Assembly: GCA_964016885.1 (NCBI GenBank)
Contig: OZ024743.1
Location: 365,118,001-365,182,000, forward strand
Length of the DNA: 64,000 nucleotides
From: Eledone cirrhosa
Taxonomy: Eukaryota
Reading direction: 5' to 3'
Of the stretch, positions 25,488 to 40,854 are shown in pieces. The position numbers were made by a program, and so were the translations under genes. Position 1 is the first letter of the stretch; the number at the start of each line of letters is the position of its first letter. The notes beneath the pieces are model-generated. The model was given only the letters and a program-made list of their open reading frames with translations, made no database searches and was not told the DNA's origin.

Positions 25488-25670
25488 AAATAAAGGATTA
25501 TGAGTTCATGCAATTGACTTATGTTTCGTCACTATATATATATATATATATAGTGTGTGTAACGTTTTTCGAAATACTTACTTCTGCGTTCACAGATCGA
25601 TTTTTTTTAGTTTCAGAAGATCCCGTTAAGGGTGAAAGCAGCGATTCTTTGCTTAAACTTTAATCTGTTA

Positions 25671-25719
<49 letters not shown>

Positions 25720-25995
25720 TTATATATATATATATAATTATATATGCGTGTACAGATATTTTGGCATACACAATAACAAAATATAAACAAACGTATTTAT
25801 TTCACGAGGCTCGATAAGGATAAATATATATCAAATATATAAGAACCCTAGAGCAAATCTCGAGCAATGCCGGGCCATTCTGCTAGTCTTTACTATAATA
25901 ACAAAGCAATTGTTACTGTCTCTTTTAGTAAGAAATTACTGTCTCTTTTAGTAAGAAATTTCCCAGACATGATCGGTTGGAGTATGTCCAGATCA

Positions 25996-26099
<104 letters not shown>

Positions 26100-27469
26100 A
26101 CACACACACACACACACGTATGTATGCAACCCTGGATTTATTGCTCTATTTACTGGATCGAGGTTGACCTGGTGCTTAACAACATCAAATTACAACATAT
26201 TAACTGTATGGACGATTAAGAAGTTATGGTAGAACAAAAACATTCGCTGTGAAAAGAAATTCAGTTCCACAGTTTAAACAAAATTGGTGTTGATTAACTT
26301 CAGCTCAGCCAGGATCGAGACCTGATCTATGACCAAAGACTCACGATTCCTAACGATTTCCCCGGCCTTTTCTTCACGGGAACAATGTACCCCAGATTGC
26401 GTTATCTAGTCTGTTCGTTTTTTTTTTAAAAAGACGCTACAGTATTGTTCGAGGTAGATTTTCTTGCTAATTCTAGCAAATCTAATGATCGCATAGAGGC
26501 TTTCACATCTTGATGATACATAGCTGTTATCACGATTCCATGATTTTACAGCAGTTTGGGACTACATTATCCTATGTGTCCTCTGTTTGATTTGAGGGTA
26601 ATTTGACGACGAATTCTATCAGGTTGAACGATAGTTGGTGAACTGGCGGAGTCGTTAGAGCCTCGCATTAAAAGCTTTGCGTTATCGATCTCTGATCTCT
26701 GTGTCCAAATCACAACGAGGTTTATTTTGACTTTCATCTTTTCGGGTTTTAAGTAGCAGTCCAATGGCGGAATCATTAGAGTGTTGGGATTGCAGTATTT
26801 CTTTCGGTTCTGTGTATTCTGAATTAAAATCCCGCCTCATGTCACCGAAAAAATGCTGAGATGATTAGACTACGTCCTCAGCATTAAAATACTAGAGAAA
26901 ACTCCTATAAGATACAAGCCCATAAAAGGTCAGCTAAACCATAACAACATCAACAAAAACAATAGCAACGTGTCTCACATTGTTCAAATTGTTTGTAGTG
27001 GTGTGCTATAGTGCTTAATAGTATTTTCAGATATGTGATATTGAGGATTAAGTGGTTTCCTCTTTCATAAATGCATCATACCATACGTAACGGGATACAA
27101 AGTCCTGACTTTTAATCAACATATACTAAGGTTATTACTTTTCTGATGACTCGGCTAGCTGTGGCCATGTTCGACTAAGTTATACACTACATCCTGTAAC
27201 CAATCGGTATTGTAATTTATATTCAGTTGACTGGTGATCACTATCACGGTACCGTAGAATATTAGTACTGATTCTTTCATTAAAAAAAAAATAATAATAT
27301 TAATAATAATAAGGAATGAGGGAGCCTTAATGGGACTTCACGCTCTGCTAATATCAGCTTGGTGCCCGACACTTCATTGGACCACGAACTCCACTAGCAC
27401 GTGGGCTAGACCCGTACTTGGGTCAGCGGCTATGGGAGAGTACCCAGGCAGAAAACTAACCCCCTAACA

Positions 27470-29400
27470 ATATGATGGTACAAACAAGAAGTAAATCATA
27501 CCACATCAGTCATCACGCAGATTACCAAGGACCACGTCCCTGAGTGAGGTAACACACCGAGGTCGAAAAATCAGCAAATGGAACAACCCTTTCCAATACA
27601 CACCGCAGTGACCCTCATACCGAGGACAGACATTACAATGAGCTACAGGGTGACAACACCAAAGTACATGCTAAAAAGCCACGACGAACATGGACGAGAG
27701 AGGAATACAAAGCAGTAATGCCTGCGTACTATACTGCCATCCTGTTTCTGAGAGAGAACTCAACGCAAGGAACCTATGGTATCTGGAGGAATTCCAACCC
27801 TAACTCCAGAGAATACATGGACATGAATAAGTTAGCTAATGTGAGAAGAGACATTATGAGGAGTAAAAGACTCACTGAATCAGAACTGGAAACCATCAAA
27901 GCAGACATAAGTGAGCAACATAACAACCCCAGTTAAGAAGGGGACCTGCATACAAAAGAGGCAGCAGGCGGTGAGAATATTACTGAAACTCCCACAGATG
28001 AGAACCTCTCTGAACATGAACAAGTAGGTGATAGCTCACTGGTTGATGTTCCTGTCTGGACAATGAAGGAAGATATTCTGCATGAGTGGGAGATTCTGAA
28101 AATGCAAGATTTGATAGACCGGACAAAACTCTAGAAAGTGCCCAAAGTCACGCATCAGCTAAAGAAGAAGGTCAACCAGCTAACAAAGTAATCGTAGACG
28201 AACACGGAAAACCACTGACACTTGATGACATTAACTAGCTGCCATATGCTACTGCAACCGTGATTGATGGCAAGCTGAACCCCAAAATACGAACAGGGAA
28301 AATAAACACAAAGGGAATACTGAAATGGCAGACACAGCTGGAGAACAAAATTACAGAATTGAGGAGAGATGTCTCTCTCTCGAAATAGATAATGGAACTG
28401 ACATCCCCCCTCCCCCCAAAGCTTTCTAGGCTAACGAAGAAATACCAGGACAACCGGGAAGCAGACTGGAAAGAAATTGCTAAATCAATCAAGCAAAAGA
28501 TACAGGCAAGGCGCAGAGACTAAGAAGATGCAAAAAAGAGCTAACTTCTTTAAACAAAACAAAATCTTTGCCGAAGATGTCAAAAGATTTTACAGAGAGT
28601 TAGCTAAGAAAAATATTGAAATAAGGCAACCCCCTGAGCTTGATGAGGTTGAACACTTCTGGACAAATATCTGGGAAAAAGCTAAAGACTACTAACTCCA
28701 ATGTCACATTGGTTGGAACAATTGGAAATCCCTTCTTGCACCCAGGAATGGAATGAGATCACCTCACAAAAAATAAAAACAGCAGTCAGCAATGTTGGAA
28801 ACTGGAACCCACCAGGCAAAGATGGCTTGCAAAGTTTATGGCTGAAACATCTGGATATGTTCCATGAAGCCTTCGCTGCTGAATTCTCCAGGAGTGTAGC
28901 AAACCCAAGAGAGGTCCCAAAGTGGATGACAACTGGCGTAACGTATCTTCTACCGAATAATGAATGCACAGAAAATTCAAAAAACTACAGACCATTTATA
29001 TGTCTCCCAACAATGTACAAAGTCGTCACATCAGTGATTACCAACATAATCTACAGTTACCTCATCTGTGGAGATATATTGCCACCTGAACAAAAAGGAT
29101 GTAAAGGAGAGAGTTATGGGTGCAAAGATCAGCTACTGATAAATAGACTCATAACGTAAAACTGAAAACAGAAAAAGAAAGACTTGTCAATGGCCTGGAT
29201 AGACTACAAGGAGACATTCAACAGCGTACCTCATTCGTGGATTATAAATACACAAGAAATGTATCACATAGCACCTGAGATCACAACTTTCCTGAAGGCA
29301 ATGATGACAGACTGGAAAACTACGATGGTCCTTCAACACCACAACGGACCACTGGAATCTAGACAGATCAAGATTAATCGTGGGATATTTTAAGGCGACT
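27470..29400 (+). mobile_element. Degenerate R4/Dong-like (RLE-clade) non-LTR retrotransposon, N-terminus through RT motif QGD
   Basis: RRTWTREEYKAVM..YY; NWNPPGKDGL..LWLKHL; WMTTGVTYLLP; NYRPFICLPTMYK; EQKGC...YGCKDQLLIN; SMAWIDYKETFNSVPHSW; RGIF*GD. Many stops. Confidence 0.8.
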
Positions 29401-29404
29401 TCGT

Positions 29405-30425
29405 GGAATATTCAGTAGAGATGCTGCAGCCTCAGAGCATGTTTGCGCATCATTAGCCACGTCATGCCCAGCCCACGTGTAGAGAGTGCTGGCAGCTGAT
29501 GGACCGCCTCATCAACGGAACCTGTCCTCTCCACAAGGAGTTGAAGAGCAGTCGTTCCAATTTAATGAGGTGTGAACGGGGGAAAGGCGCGACGGTCAGG
29601 CGGTAGGAGATGACGGACGCGATGTACTCGTTCTCCACCTCCGCCCAACCTTGCAGGGATAGCTTCCTCCCGGCCCATTTCTGGGTGAGATTGGCTACCC
29701 TGTTCGTAACCTCGTTCCAATTCCTATCCACCTGGAGGTCTGGTCCGAACCAAACCCCGAGCAACTTTACCGGTCCGTCCGTCCAGCGCCCGACGATGCA
29801 TGGGCCTGCCTCTCCAGGTGCCGCGCTGCAAGCCCACCGACGGTTCCGAATTTAATTTTGCTCCCCACTATTTCGATTTCTTAGGTGTTTGACACCATCA
29901 CGGTGATGTCGTACGCATATGCTGACACAGCCTTTCCACGTTCCGGTTCGAACGGGATGCTTTGCAACAGCTCCAGCTTCAGCAGTAAAAGCTCGAGAGT
30001 CATTATGTACAGAAGGTAGGAGAGAGGGAACCCTTGACGGACCCATCGGAGATGGTTTCGAAAGATGGCAATTAATTTTGATCACCGAGCAGATGCCGCT
30101 GTGCATTGAGGTGATCCAGCCTCTGAAGATGGAATTGAAGCCAGCTACCTTGAGGACAGCTTGCAGGTATCGAAGCGAGGCTTACACCCTGCCCTCTCTC
30201 TGATGTATCGCATGAGATGGAGGTTGTCGTGTATAGACCTGGTCGGGATTGCGCAAGTTTGTGCCTCTCCTACCAAATTCTCGACGACTAGCGCCAACCT
30301 CTTCGCTAACAATTTGGCCAAAATCTTAAACTCTGTGTTGAGCAGAGTTATGGGCCTGAAATGATCTCAAGTATCCATCTTGTTTTCGTCTTTCCTCATC
30401 AGCGTCACTACGTCCCGGCTCACAG
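29405..30425 (-). mobile_element. Tx1/L1-like LINE RT fragments
   Basis: FRPITLLNTEFKILAKLLAKRL...QTCAIPTRSIHDNLHLMR; LGVWFGPD...NW...KW.GRKLSLQG...SVISYRL...LERLLFNSLW. Confidence 0.8.
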
Positions 30426-31269
30426 TTTAATCGACAACGATCTTCAAAGACGCAAGGAAAAAGCAAATAGGTTAATAATAAGTGAATACATGTGGTACAT
30501 AAAGAAGAAGAATACACAACAAACTTTAGTAATATCTTCCTGTAGATAACTTTCTTATTTTATTAATCTTTCTTATGTGCATATATAGCACATATATTGC
30601 AACATTTTATATTATAGTTTGATGTTTTGTGACTAGTAATATACATATGTATATTGGTTTCGCTTACGTCATTTCAATTAAAGTCACACTTTCCAAGAAT
30701 CTGTCAACAACGATAATTGAGCCTCTGAAGGTATACACACACTCGCTCACACCACTAACACTTCCTCCACACTTAAACAATCGAATAGAGACCCTACAGA
30801 CATGAGATGACACTCTATCCCCAGAATTAACAAAGACTAATAGCTGAGATAATTTACAGGATATATCAGAAAACAAGGCACTAATAAAACCCCTAAATGA
30901 TACAAAAATAGAATGAAAACCTAAAACTAAAAAGCACAAAACAAAACACAATAAATACACAGGAAGCTAATGAAGACCACGGAAGTGTGAAGGACGAAAA
31001 CTGGCGTTTAAATGATCGTGTATTACAGGTATTTATTACAAGCATGAAAGGGATATTCAGAATCTGCACTGATACACTATCTCACCTATTGTATTTCGGG
31101 AGGACTTTTCGCGAAATGTGCGTGAGACCTTTGGCATAGTAGAGTTGATATATTGTTTATTTATTTATTTAGTTATTTGTTTATTTATTTATTTAGTTAG
31201 CTAGTTAATTACTCATAAAAGCTGAATGCAAATCGTCGTCAGCTATTACCAGATATAAATTGTTCATTT

Positions 31270-32500
31270 TTTTCCTCCTGTCTATTTGCTGCCATTACTT
31301 TTGTCTTTTTGATGTTGATCATATTGACTATATATCCTTGAAATTCTGTAAACTTATCCAGCAGTGTTTATAGATTTGCTGGTGAGTTTGCTTTGAGCAC
31401 TATGTGGTCAGCATACTGCAGGTTGTTGATCTCTTTCCTACCAACAGTAACTCGGAACCAGGGGGGCATATCTACTGACTTTCTCATCACCTCCTCAGAG
31501 TAAAGATTGAATGTCAAAGGCGACACCAAGCATCCCTGTCGAACTCCTCTGTTTACAGTGAACTTTTTTTCAGTGAACTTTTTTTCAACTGTCGCTGCAG
31601 CTTGCTGTTCGTCATACAGATTCTTTAATAATTTCACAATTGTACCGTTCATTCCAATCTTCTTCATTAAGTTCCAAAGCATTGAATGTAATACAGAGTC
31701 AAATGATTTTGTATAATCTACAAATGCTAAATACAAACATACATTAAACACCCTTCCGATCCCTGGTCCCCACCTTCCTCCTGAAACCCATTTGTTCGTC
31801 CGCACACTTCTTCTACCGCTCTCTGCGTTCTTTCTAAGAGAAGCCGCAAGAGGATCTTGCTAGTGGGATCTTGCTAGTGTTCTGTACATTTCGTTGTTCC
31901 AACGATCTTTGGTATGGGAATAAACACTGCCTTCTTCCAATCGGCAAGCCACTCGCCTGTTTCTACTCTTCTATTGCATAGTCGGCACAATATCTTAATC
32001 ATTGTTTCGTTGTCTGTATTTAAAAGTTCTGCAGGCAGGTTATTGATGCCAATAGATTTATTGTTAGGCATCCTATTCAAAACCTGCCTGACTTTTGATT
32101 CCAGAATGGATGGAAATACTTCCCCTCCCACATCGACTTGTTGGTTAGTTACCTCCCCATCCTCCCAATACAAACTTTCACCATTCTCCTTCCACCTTTT
32201 AAACATGTCCTGAAGATCAGTCAGGACCTTTCCTTTACCATTCCCAATGTTTCTTTGTTTTGCATGGAAGCGCTTCTTTAATGACTTTATGACACTATAT
32301 GCCTTCCGTATATTATCTTTCTGCAATGCCTCCTTAACTTCAACATATTGCTCTTCCAGCCATCTTGCCTTGTCTGGCTTCCCTCTGTACTGCTACTTTG
32401 CTTCATTAAAATCGGAAGTAGCCCTGGGACGTTTGAGCTTTTTATGCTCGTCCATCAGATGGAGAGTGACATTAGAGATCCGTCTTTTCTCGATCTTTTT
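31270..32500 (-). mobile_element. RTE-clade LINE RT fragment (degenerate)
   Basis: PSILESKVRQVL.RMPNNKSIGINNLPAELL; W..DWKKAVFIPIPK; FVDYTKSFDSV; RGVRQGCLVSPLTFNLYSEEVMR; INNLQYAD. Confidence 0.85.
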
Positions 32501-32879
32501 GGCTCGCTCCCAAGCACTTCCTCCGTTGTTGTCTTTACTGTCTCCTTGATTGTCATAAACAATATATATATATATATATATTGTTTATATATATATATAT
32601 ATATATATATCCAGTTTACGAAAGTAATAGAAATTATTTCAGTGATCTCCGGCAATGATCAACTCACTCAATAAAACATAAAACTTGCAGTTGTCATATT
32701 CTTTCTTAAAGGGCTACAACATGAATGAGAGTTCATGTACAGATGTTGGTTATATCTATTGGCAGTTAACCCTATGTAAGCCTTACTATTAGTGTGTGTG
32801 TCAACCTTACGTTTTTAAACTATATTGCTTGATAGGCATTTCTCGGCTAGAGGGAAGTAGTCCCTACTCCTATCAGTAC

Positions 32880-33945
32880 CGTTAGAATTAACTTCTGGAT
32901 TGTTTATAATTCTACGGCGAGGTAATTATATGCAGTGATGTTGTGTGCGAGGTTGGGAGTTGTGGAATAGGATATTGTAACTGTGTTTCTATTAAAAATC
33001 TTATGATATTTATATGCGAGGGGAAATGCTTCCTAAAGAAAATAAGAAAGGTTTTAGCTATTGGTCTGGCCACTTTCATATTATATGGTGAGTTATACGA
33101 CATAATGCTGTCTGGATCTATTTTTGCTAGGTTTTTGCTCGTACTTAGTGTATTCTAGCTTATCTAGAAATCCGCTCCGAGCGTAATATGTAGAATGGTC
33201 GGTGAAGATATGTTCATTAGCTGATAAACGAGTAAGCCTCAATGAGATGGTTTTGACCAGATTTTTCGTTATACTGGCTAGATGGTTGAAAAGCTTAGTA
33301 ATGTAATTTAACGTATCATTAGGATTTCTATACGGCTAGTACAGGCCATTCGACATATTGAGTGTCATGTCTCTAAAATTCATGACAGATAGTTTGGCCT
33401 CAACTTGAGTGGAAATGTTGAAGCCTTTAAAGAAAGCGATAAGCTTTTTTCTACACCTATCAATAGCGTGGGTCCACACTTAGTTATAGTCAAAAGACCA
33501 TCATCACGGTAAAGACCACTGCCTACGTTAGGGAATTCATCCTTGATGGGAAAGAGTAAAATTAGACCAATAAGGTCTGTGACCTCCGCCAAATCATTGG
33601 CACCCATGCTCACATCAAAGGGAATAGTATTAGATTTTTTAAGCCAAATAGAGTTGTCGAAATTAATCACGGACTTACGAGCATTTAAGATGACATTAAC
33701 TTCGAAATCCTTAACCACCGTGAGCGTTTTGTCGAAATTAATATCTCTAAGGAGTGGTAAGGTGGTGGAAGAATAGCAACTGTTGATGTCGAATTGGATA
33801 AAACGGCAGTGTTCCTTGTTACGTATGCCATTGAACCAATCAATCACCACGAAAGAGTTATTTCACAAGGCTAGGTGGGGGCCATATCTCTAATTTTGAG
33901 TACAATCCTATCTAAAATTATTTTACTAAGTCTACCCAAATCAGT
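32880..33945 (-). mobile_element. Degenerate Penelope-like element (Naiad-type) RT fragment
   Basis: VIDWF..I.NK..CRFIQFDI; FDVSMGANDLAEVTDLIGL; GLYRDDGL; YNSPYN.KV...IAKTFL...KHFP. Confidence 0.8.
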
Positions 33946-34466
33946 AATATAACTAAATGAACTTTAATTAAGCTGGTGTTTGGAATATAACATAAGAAAA
34001 AAATGTTCGTACATAAAATTATGGCGGAAGCTTTTTAGATAAACATAAACATATTAAAATAAACATTTTTGTATCGTAGAACCAAAGGCGGTTTCAGGCA
34101 GTTTGGTATCGAAAAGGTTAATAATGCGGTGAAGGTATCACAAACCCTTACCAGTCGTTTTAGCCGAGGTGGAAGATTGTGCCTGATATCATCCAGATGC
34201 TTAGAAGAAGAGATCGGTGACATGTAATGAGCTGACAAAGTTTTCCATAAGATATTTCAAGTATCATCCTTCATTATCTATTCTTTCTCCCTCTCTCACT
34301 TCATCTCTTTTCTTCTTTATGCCTCTGAAATATCAAATCTTATATCTTTCCAGCTGTCGGCTAATCTCTTCTTTTTGTCTCTTAATATTCTTATCATTGT
34401 AACCGTTTCTTCGTGCATTGCCAAAGCCACTCAAAGGTTTTTCACATACATACATACATACATACA

Positions 34467-35570
34467 TGATGGCTGCCCCCTCATTATCGAGTATGGCTAT
34501 TGCACGATATACCATTATTAATAATTATTAATTAATTCTATCGTGCATGCAATGCCTGTGCGTGAAGATTTATTTTTAAATGAGGAAAGACTGTGCACTG
34601 AGCCAATCCCACTCTCTGAGTGACAGTAGGTATAACCCGAAAAGAAGAAAAGATCAACATCATCGGTAATTACAGAGCCGCAGGTTTTATGTCGGAGTTA
34701 TGTCGGATGGTCGGCGACTAAATCGGCAACCCCCACCTAGTTTACTTGGTGATGAGAGTGATTTTGGACACCCTGCAGGACAAAAAACAAAACCTGACAA
34801 AGAGCGGAAGAACTCATAAGAGTAAACGGCCATCCAAAAATGTGTAAATATGTATATACACATGTATATATGTATGTATATGTATATATGTATATGCATG
34901 TGTGCATGCGTATGTATATGCGCGAGGACATAGAAATAGTCGGGCTGATTCCCGATCGCGAAGGACCCCTAGCCTTTGTCAGGGCATTATTCTAGGAGAA
35001 GGCAACTCAGGAAACATACATACATACATACATATGTACATCTATGTATGTATGTATGTATGTATGTATGTATGTATGTATGTTTGTATGTATGTATGTA
35101 TGTATGCCAGGTCGCTCTTCAATGGTACTGGTAACATGTAACCCAGTACAACCTGTGCATGGTCGGGTCGTCGGCGACTAAACCGACAACCCTACCAAGC
35201 TTGCTTGGTGAGGAGGGTGATTTTGGACACCCTGTGGGATGAAAAACAAAACCCGTCAAAGGGCGGAGGAACTCAAAAGAGTCAACGGTAATCCAGTAAA
35301 GTATTTTTCTTGTGGGGCGAGAGACTCCTAGTCTTCATGAAGACATCTTTCTAGGTGGAGGTCACTCTAATATAACACGTGCGATTTCGTTTGCATCCAA
35401 AGATGTAGACCACTTCTTCTTTTTGGACAAATGAATTCGATGTTAAGAGAGTAGGATTGGCCCCGTGCAAAGCCTTTGCTCACTTAAAAAAGCTTCGCTT
35501 GATATGTGATATTTTTGGCGACTCATGACATGACAAGGCCTTAGCAGGACTAAAAGTCTACGTCCGCGAT
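34467..35570. repeat. Fragments of a non-coding repeat family (probably RTE-associated non-autonomous element) in mixed orientation
   Basis: Homologous blocks at 57880-58040, 58890-58945 and 59085-60115 (gagtgggattggctcagtgc, gtcggcgactaaa, aggacccctagc). Confidence 0.6.
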
Positions 35571-35682
35571 GCTAATACTTAAGTATCAAACGATAGCATT
35601 ACTCGAAATCGAGTTGCAGCTATCATGTATGTATGTATGCAAATGTTTGTACATGTCTGCGTGTGAGCGTGTAACTGTGGAT

Positions 35683-35757
<75 letters not shown>

Positions 35758-35822
35758 TATATATATATAGTAGTGAAAGAATGAAGAATAACATGGCCGG
35801 CTGTACAAAAAGGGTTTTATTT

Positions 35823-35939
35823 ACAGTATTAACAATTGTTTCATTGATCAGGCGAGTCTAAAGACCGCTAATCACTCGAAATTGCGTCACTCGACCTTAA
35901 ATACAATGTGTGTCTCTGATCAAATCATCGGAATACTGT
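35823..35939 (-). ncRNA. Type I hammerhead, CCGATGA core, enlarged stem II
   Basis: ACAGTATT-CCGATGA-T-TTGATCAG...(about 60 nt)...CTGATCAA-T-GAAA-CAATTG-TT-AATACTGT, with a perfect 8-bp stem I and an 8-bp base of stem II. Confidence 0.75.
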
Positions 35940-36224
35940 TATTCTTCACTCTTTTACTACTATTACTCCAAGAATTACCTGCATGGAAATTCTCGCAAAC
36001 TCGCTACCTAACTAAGGAAACCTCTTGTTGAGTCAAACAACGCCGTACGTTAAAACTATCGATAGTACAGAGCAACGACAGCCTCTAACGGGATTACCTA
36101 AAACGATAACTTGTTATCCCATATATATATATATGTAATACTTCTTGTTTTGACGCTCCCGTATATATAAAAGATTTCGTTCAACACAACTCTTCCATTT
36201 CCACCCATCCCTCACTCCTCAAAT

Positions 36225-36405
36225 AATTGTTTCTACTTTTGGCACAAGGCCAGCAATTATATCAGTGTATTACTGGGACTTTATTTTATCGACCCTGTAA
36301 GGATGAAAGGCAAAGTTAACCTCGGCGGGATTTGAACTCAGATCATAAAGGGAGGTAACTCTATGCTTCAAAGCATGGCGTCCGACCCTCTACCGATACC
36401 GCCTC
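36225..36405 (-). mobile_element. tRNA-like SINE
   Basis: Reverse complement of the 42728-42912 family (gagttcaaatccc B-box; tttgcctttcatcctt..gggtcgataaaataaagt). Confidence 0.75.
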
Positions 36406-36729
36406 AAATAATATCTTCAATATATAAGAAGGTGGAGAAGCCGTAGTCAGTCTGGTAGTTTCCTGTTTGTTGTAAATATTATGTAATGTTTTGGTTTTAT
36501 TATACAAACGACAACCAACTGCAAAATACTTGGGATGCTATACCGCGATACCGTATCTCAACACAGAAACATGCAACATAATAGCGTTATATAACCTTTG
36601 CAATGTTTCAACACTTTTTACAATCATATGAGGTTAGTGAGGTTACATTTGGAAAAGATAACGATATTAGTGTCAAGAGGAAGCAACGCCATTGCGTGTA
36701 ACTTAACATTACACATTATACACTTACAT

Positions 36730-36821
<92 letters not shown>

Positions 36822-36918
36822 TCATTTTATTAAGCTAAATAGTGAATCATGTTACTCTAGAGTTTCGCAGGCCGAATTCTAGAGTTACACGACTCACTAT
36901 TTAGCCTTCATAAAATGG
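36822..36918. repeat. Imperfect hairpin with about 45-bp arms
   Basis: cattttat..gctaaatagtga.tc.tgt.actctaga / tctagagt.aca.ga.tcactatttagc..ataaaatg. Confidence 0.75.
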
Positions 36919-37000
36919 ATATTTAAACTCTACTTCGGTATTGAGTACTCCTTTCTCTCGGCTGTCAACTTTATACGGTTATATATATATATATATATCA

Positions 37001-38670
<1,670 letters not shown>

Positions 38671-40088
38671 TTAAGTTTGTGGAAAGGTTTGTTGCGTGTG
38701 TGCAAAGGTCTAGGTTGGTGTCTAAGTAATTTTCGCTAGTCAGATAGGTAGCTAAAGTGATCTACAGTCCTAACTCATTGAACGTGGCTATCAGGTTTTT
38801 CCTAAATCCTTAGAAAATCCTAGAGTCCTTAGAAAATCGGATGGACTCCCTCAGTTCAAATCTCGCGCAGATCAACTTTGCCTTTCATCCTTTCGGGTAA
38901 AATGCCGGTCCAGTACTGAGGCGGATTGCTCTCTTTGTCCGTCTCTCTGGAAAAAAGTGGCTGTGTTCAGACCTAGAGAACAATGGTCTCCGCCAGGTTT
39001 GAAACTGCACAGGACGGTGGCCCTTTGTCTCCTCCAGAAACCGAGGCATCAAGTGCGCGTGTGTGTGTGTGTACGTGTGTGCGCGCGTGCGTGTGTGCTT
39101 GTGTGTATGTTTGTACGTACGCATGTATGTATATTAAAAACAAAATCTTTAAAATAAACCAAGAACTATTAAAAATTGACTCATCCAATAATTCTGTGAA
39201 ATACATTAGAAATACACACGCTGGGTGTAAACAGAGTTCCTTTTCTAATTTAGTAAAGTTCAGAGGAGCTGTTCCTAGACTAACATTACTATGCTTTGTG
39301 CATTCAGAAATCGCTCTCCGCCCAATTATATCAGCGAAATAATAAATAAATACACTGGTCTTTTAATAAAAAGATAATGAAAGTGTTAAACACCCAACAT
39401 CCATTTCTACCGTTATCTAATCTTGTTAAATACGTCATACGTTCACATTTCCCACCTTAAATTATTATTTCTTACTGAAGACTAAGGTAAAGGAATGAGA
39501 TTGTATGGTTTAAGCTTTTCTGAAGATTACTAATGAATAACCTTCAAACAGAAATACATATCTGCATTGCAGATTCGGCTGATCGAAAGTTTATATCAGG
39601 CCCAGTAGCACCTATCCAAATTGTATGTAATAAAACCGTATAATTCAAAATATAAATTATATTTACATTGTTTTTTTTTAACAAAGATGTTTGCATCAAC
39701 TTTATTTTGGAACAAAATTTTATTAGAAATCATATCTAAATCATTTTATTTAAAATAAAATATGAAACACTGAAGTATATTAGTTTGTTTTTATTTTTTT
39801 TATTGGCTGGAGGTAGAAGGACAACACCGATGACTCTTTGTGGAGTCTCCGTGGCTGGTTGGGAGTTGTGAGGATGTTATTATTAGATTGTAGAAGGGCG
39901 GTGGATAAGTCATAACTAAACACGGCAAAGCAGTGTTTAGTTATGACTTTTTACGTTCTGAGTTCAAATTTCACCGAAATCGACTTTGCCTTTCATCCAT
40001 CCGAGATCGTTAAAATAAATGTCCAATCAAGTACTGGGATCGATATAAACGTCTTCCTCCTAATTCCAAAATCTCTGGCCTGGGTTAG

Positions 40089-40854
40089 AACACACACTCG
40101 GTCATGCTGAATCTCCGTATATAGATGACTATGGAATGCTAAGATAATTATACGTCAATACATCGATTTCATGAGCAGGCCCTTCCGTTGATCAAACACG
40201 TTGAATATTCATCGTCGAAACCGACGGAGGTCCATTTCAATTGTTATAATTATAGAACAAGTAATGGCCGAAATGCTTGTAAGAGAGGACTTCGCTAAAA
40301 GCACCCCCAAAACCAGGTGGTGCTGTTAATCCTAGCTATGGATTACGTTTTTCAACCAAGTTATGTCAATTACGTTTCATATATTAAAGTAAATTCCTTA
40401 GCCCATTATAACATCAGCTCACTTGAAGTAAATAGAATTGATGCTATTTGAGACACTTATTTTGTAATAAATTGGTGGACTTGGTATTATTTTTTGTTGG
40501 TATTCGTCCCGTTTTTTATGTTCAGAATTCAAATCCTGTCGGAGTCAATTTTTATTTCATTCTTCCGGTGTCGATGAAATAAAGAAGAGGTTTGTGGGTA
40601 GATATAATCGACTGTTATCTCTATCCCATATTTTGTGTTATGTTAGATATTATAACTTGGAACAAAATGTCTTCCACATTACTTGTTCTATAATTATAAC
40701 AATTGAAATGGACCTCCGTCGGTTTCGACGATGAGTATTCAACGTGTTTGATCAACGGAAGGGCCTGCTCATGAAATCGATGTATTGACGTATAATTAGC
40801 TTAGCATTCCATAGTCATCTATATACGGAGATTCAGCATGACCGAGTGTGTGTT
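40089..40854. repeat. Near-perfect 178-bp inverted repeat with a 410-bp spacer
   Basis: 40089-40266 is the reverse complement of 40677-40854; I saw two mismatches. Confidence 0.92.

Larger units (their letters stand above)
22281..25535 (+). mobile_element. 5'-truncated Penelope-like element (Naiad-type) inserted in (TA)n
   Basis: RT/GIY-YIG remnants and a long 3' UTR with a terminal HHR. A 20-bp inverted copy of the 3' end lies at the 5' junction (22367-22386 vs 25516-25535). Confidence 0.85.
21750..25886 (+). mobile_element. Non-autonomous Helitron, apparently interrupted by a PLE
   Basis: 5' end TCTATATATCTAATAC...(TCTG)n at 21750. 3' end CTCGAGCAATGCCGGG...GCTAG at 25859-25886, resembling the 3' end of the 4106-5021 element. 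Pairing these two ends is inferred. Confidence 0.55.

Noticed and set aside
25612-25650. CAGAAGA-TCCC-GTTAA-GGGT-GAAAGC hammerhead-like motif
   Set aside because: The core is mutated and there is no convincing stem I or III.
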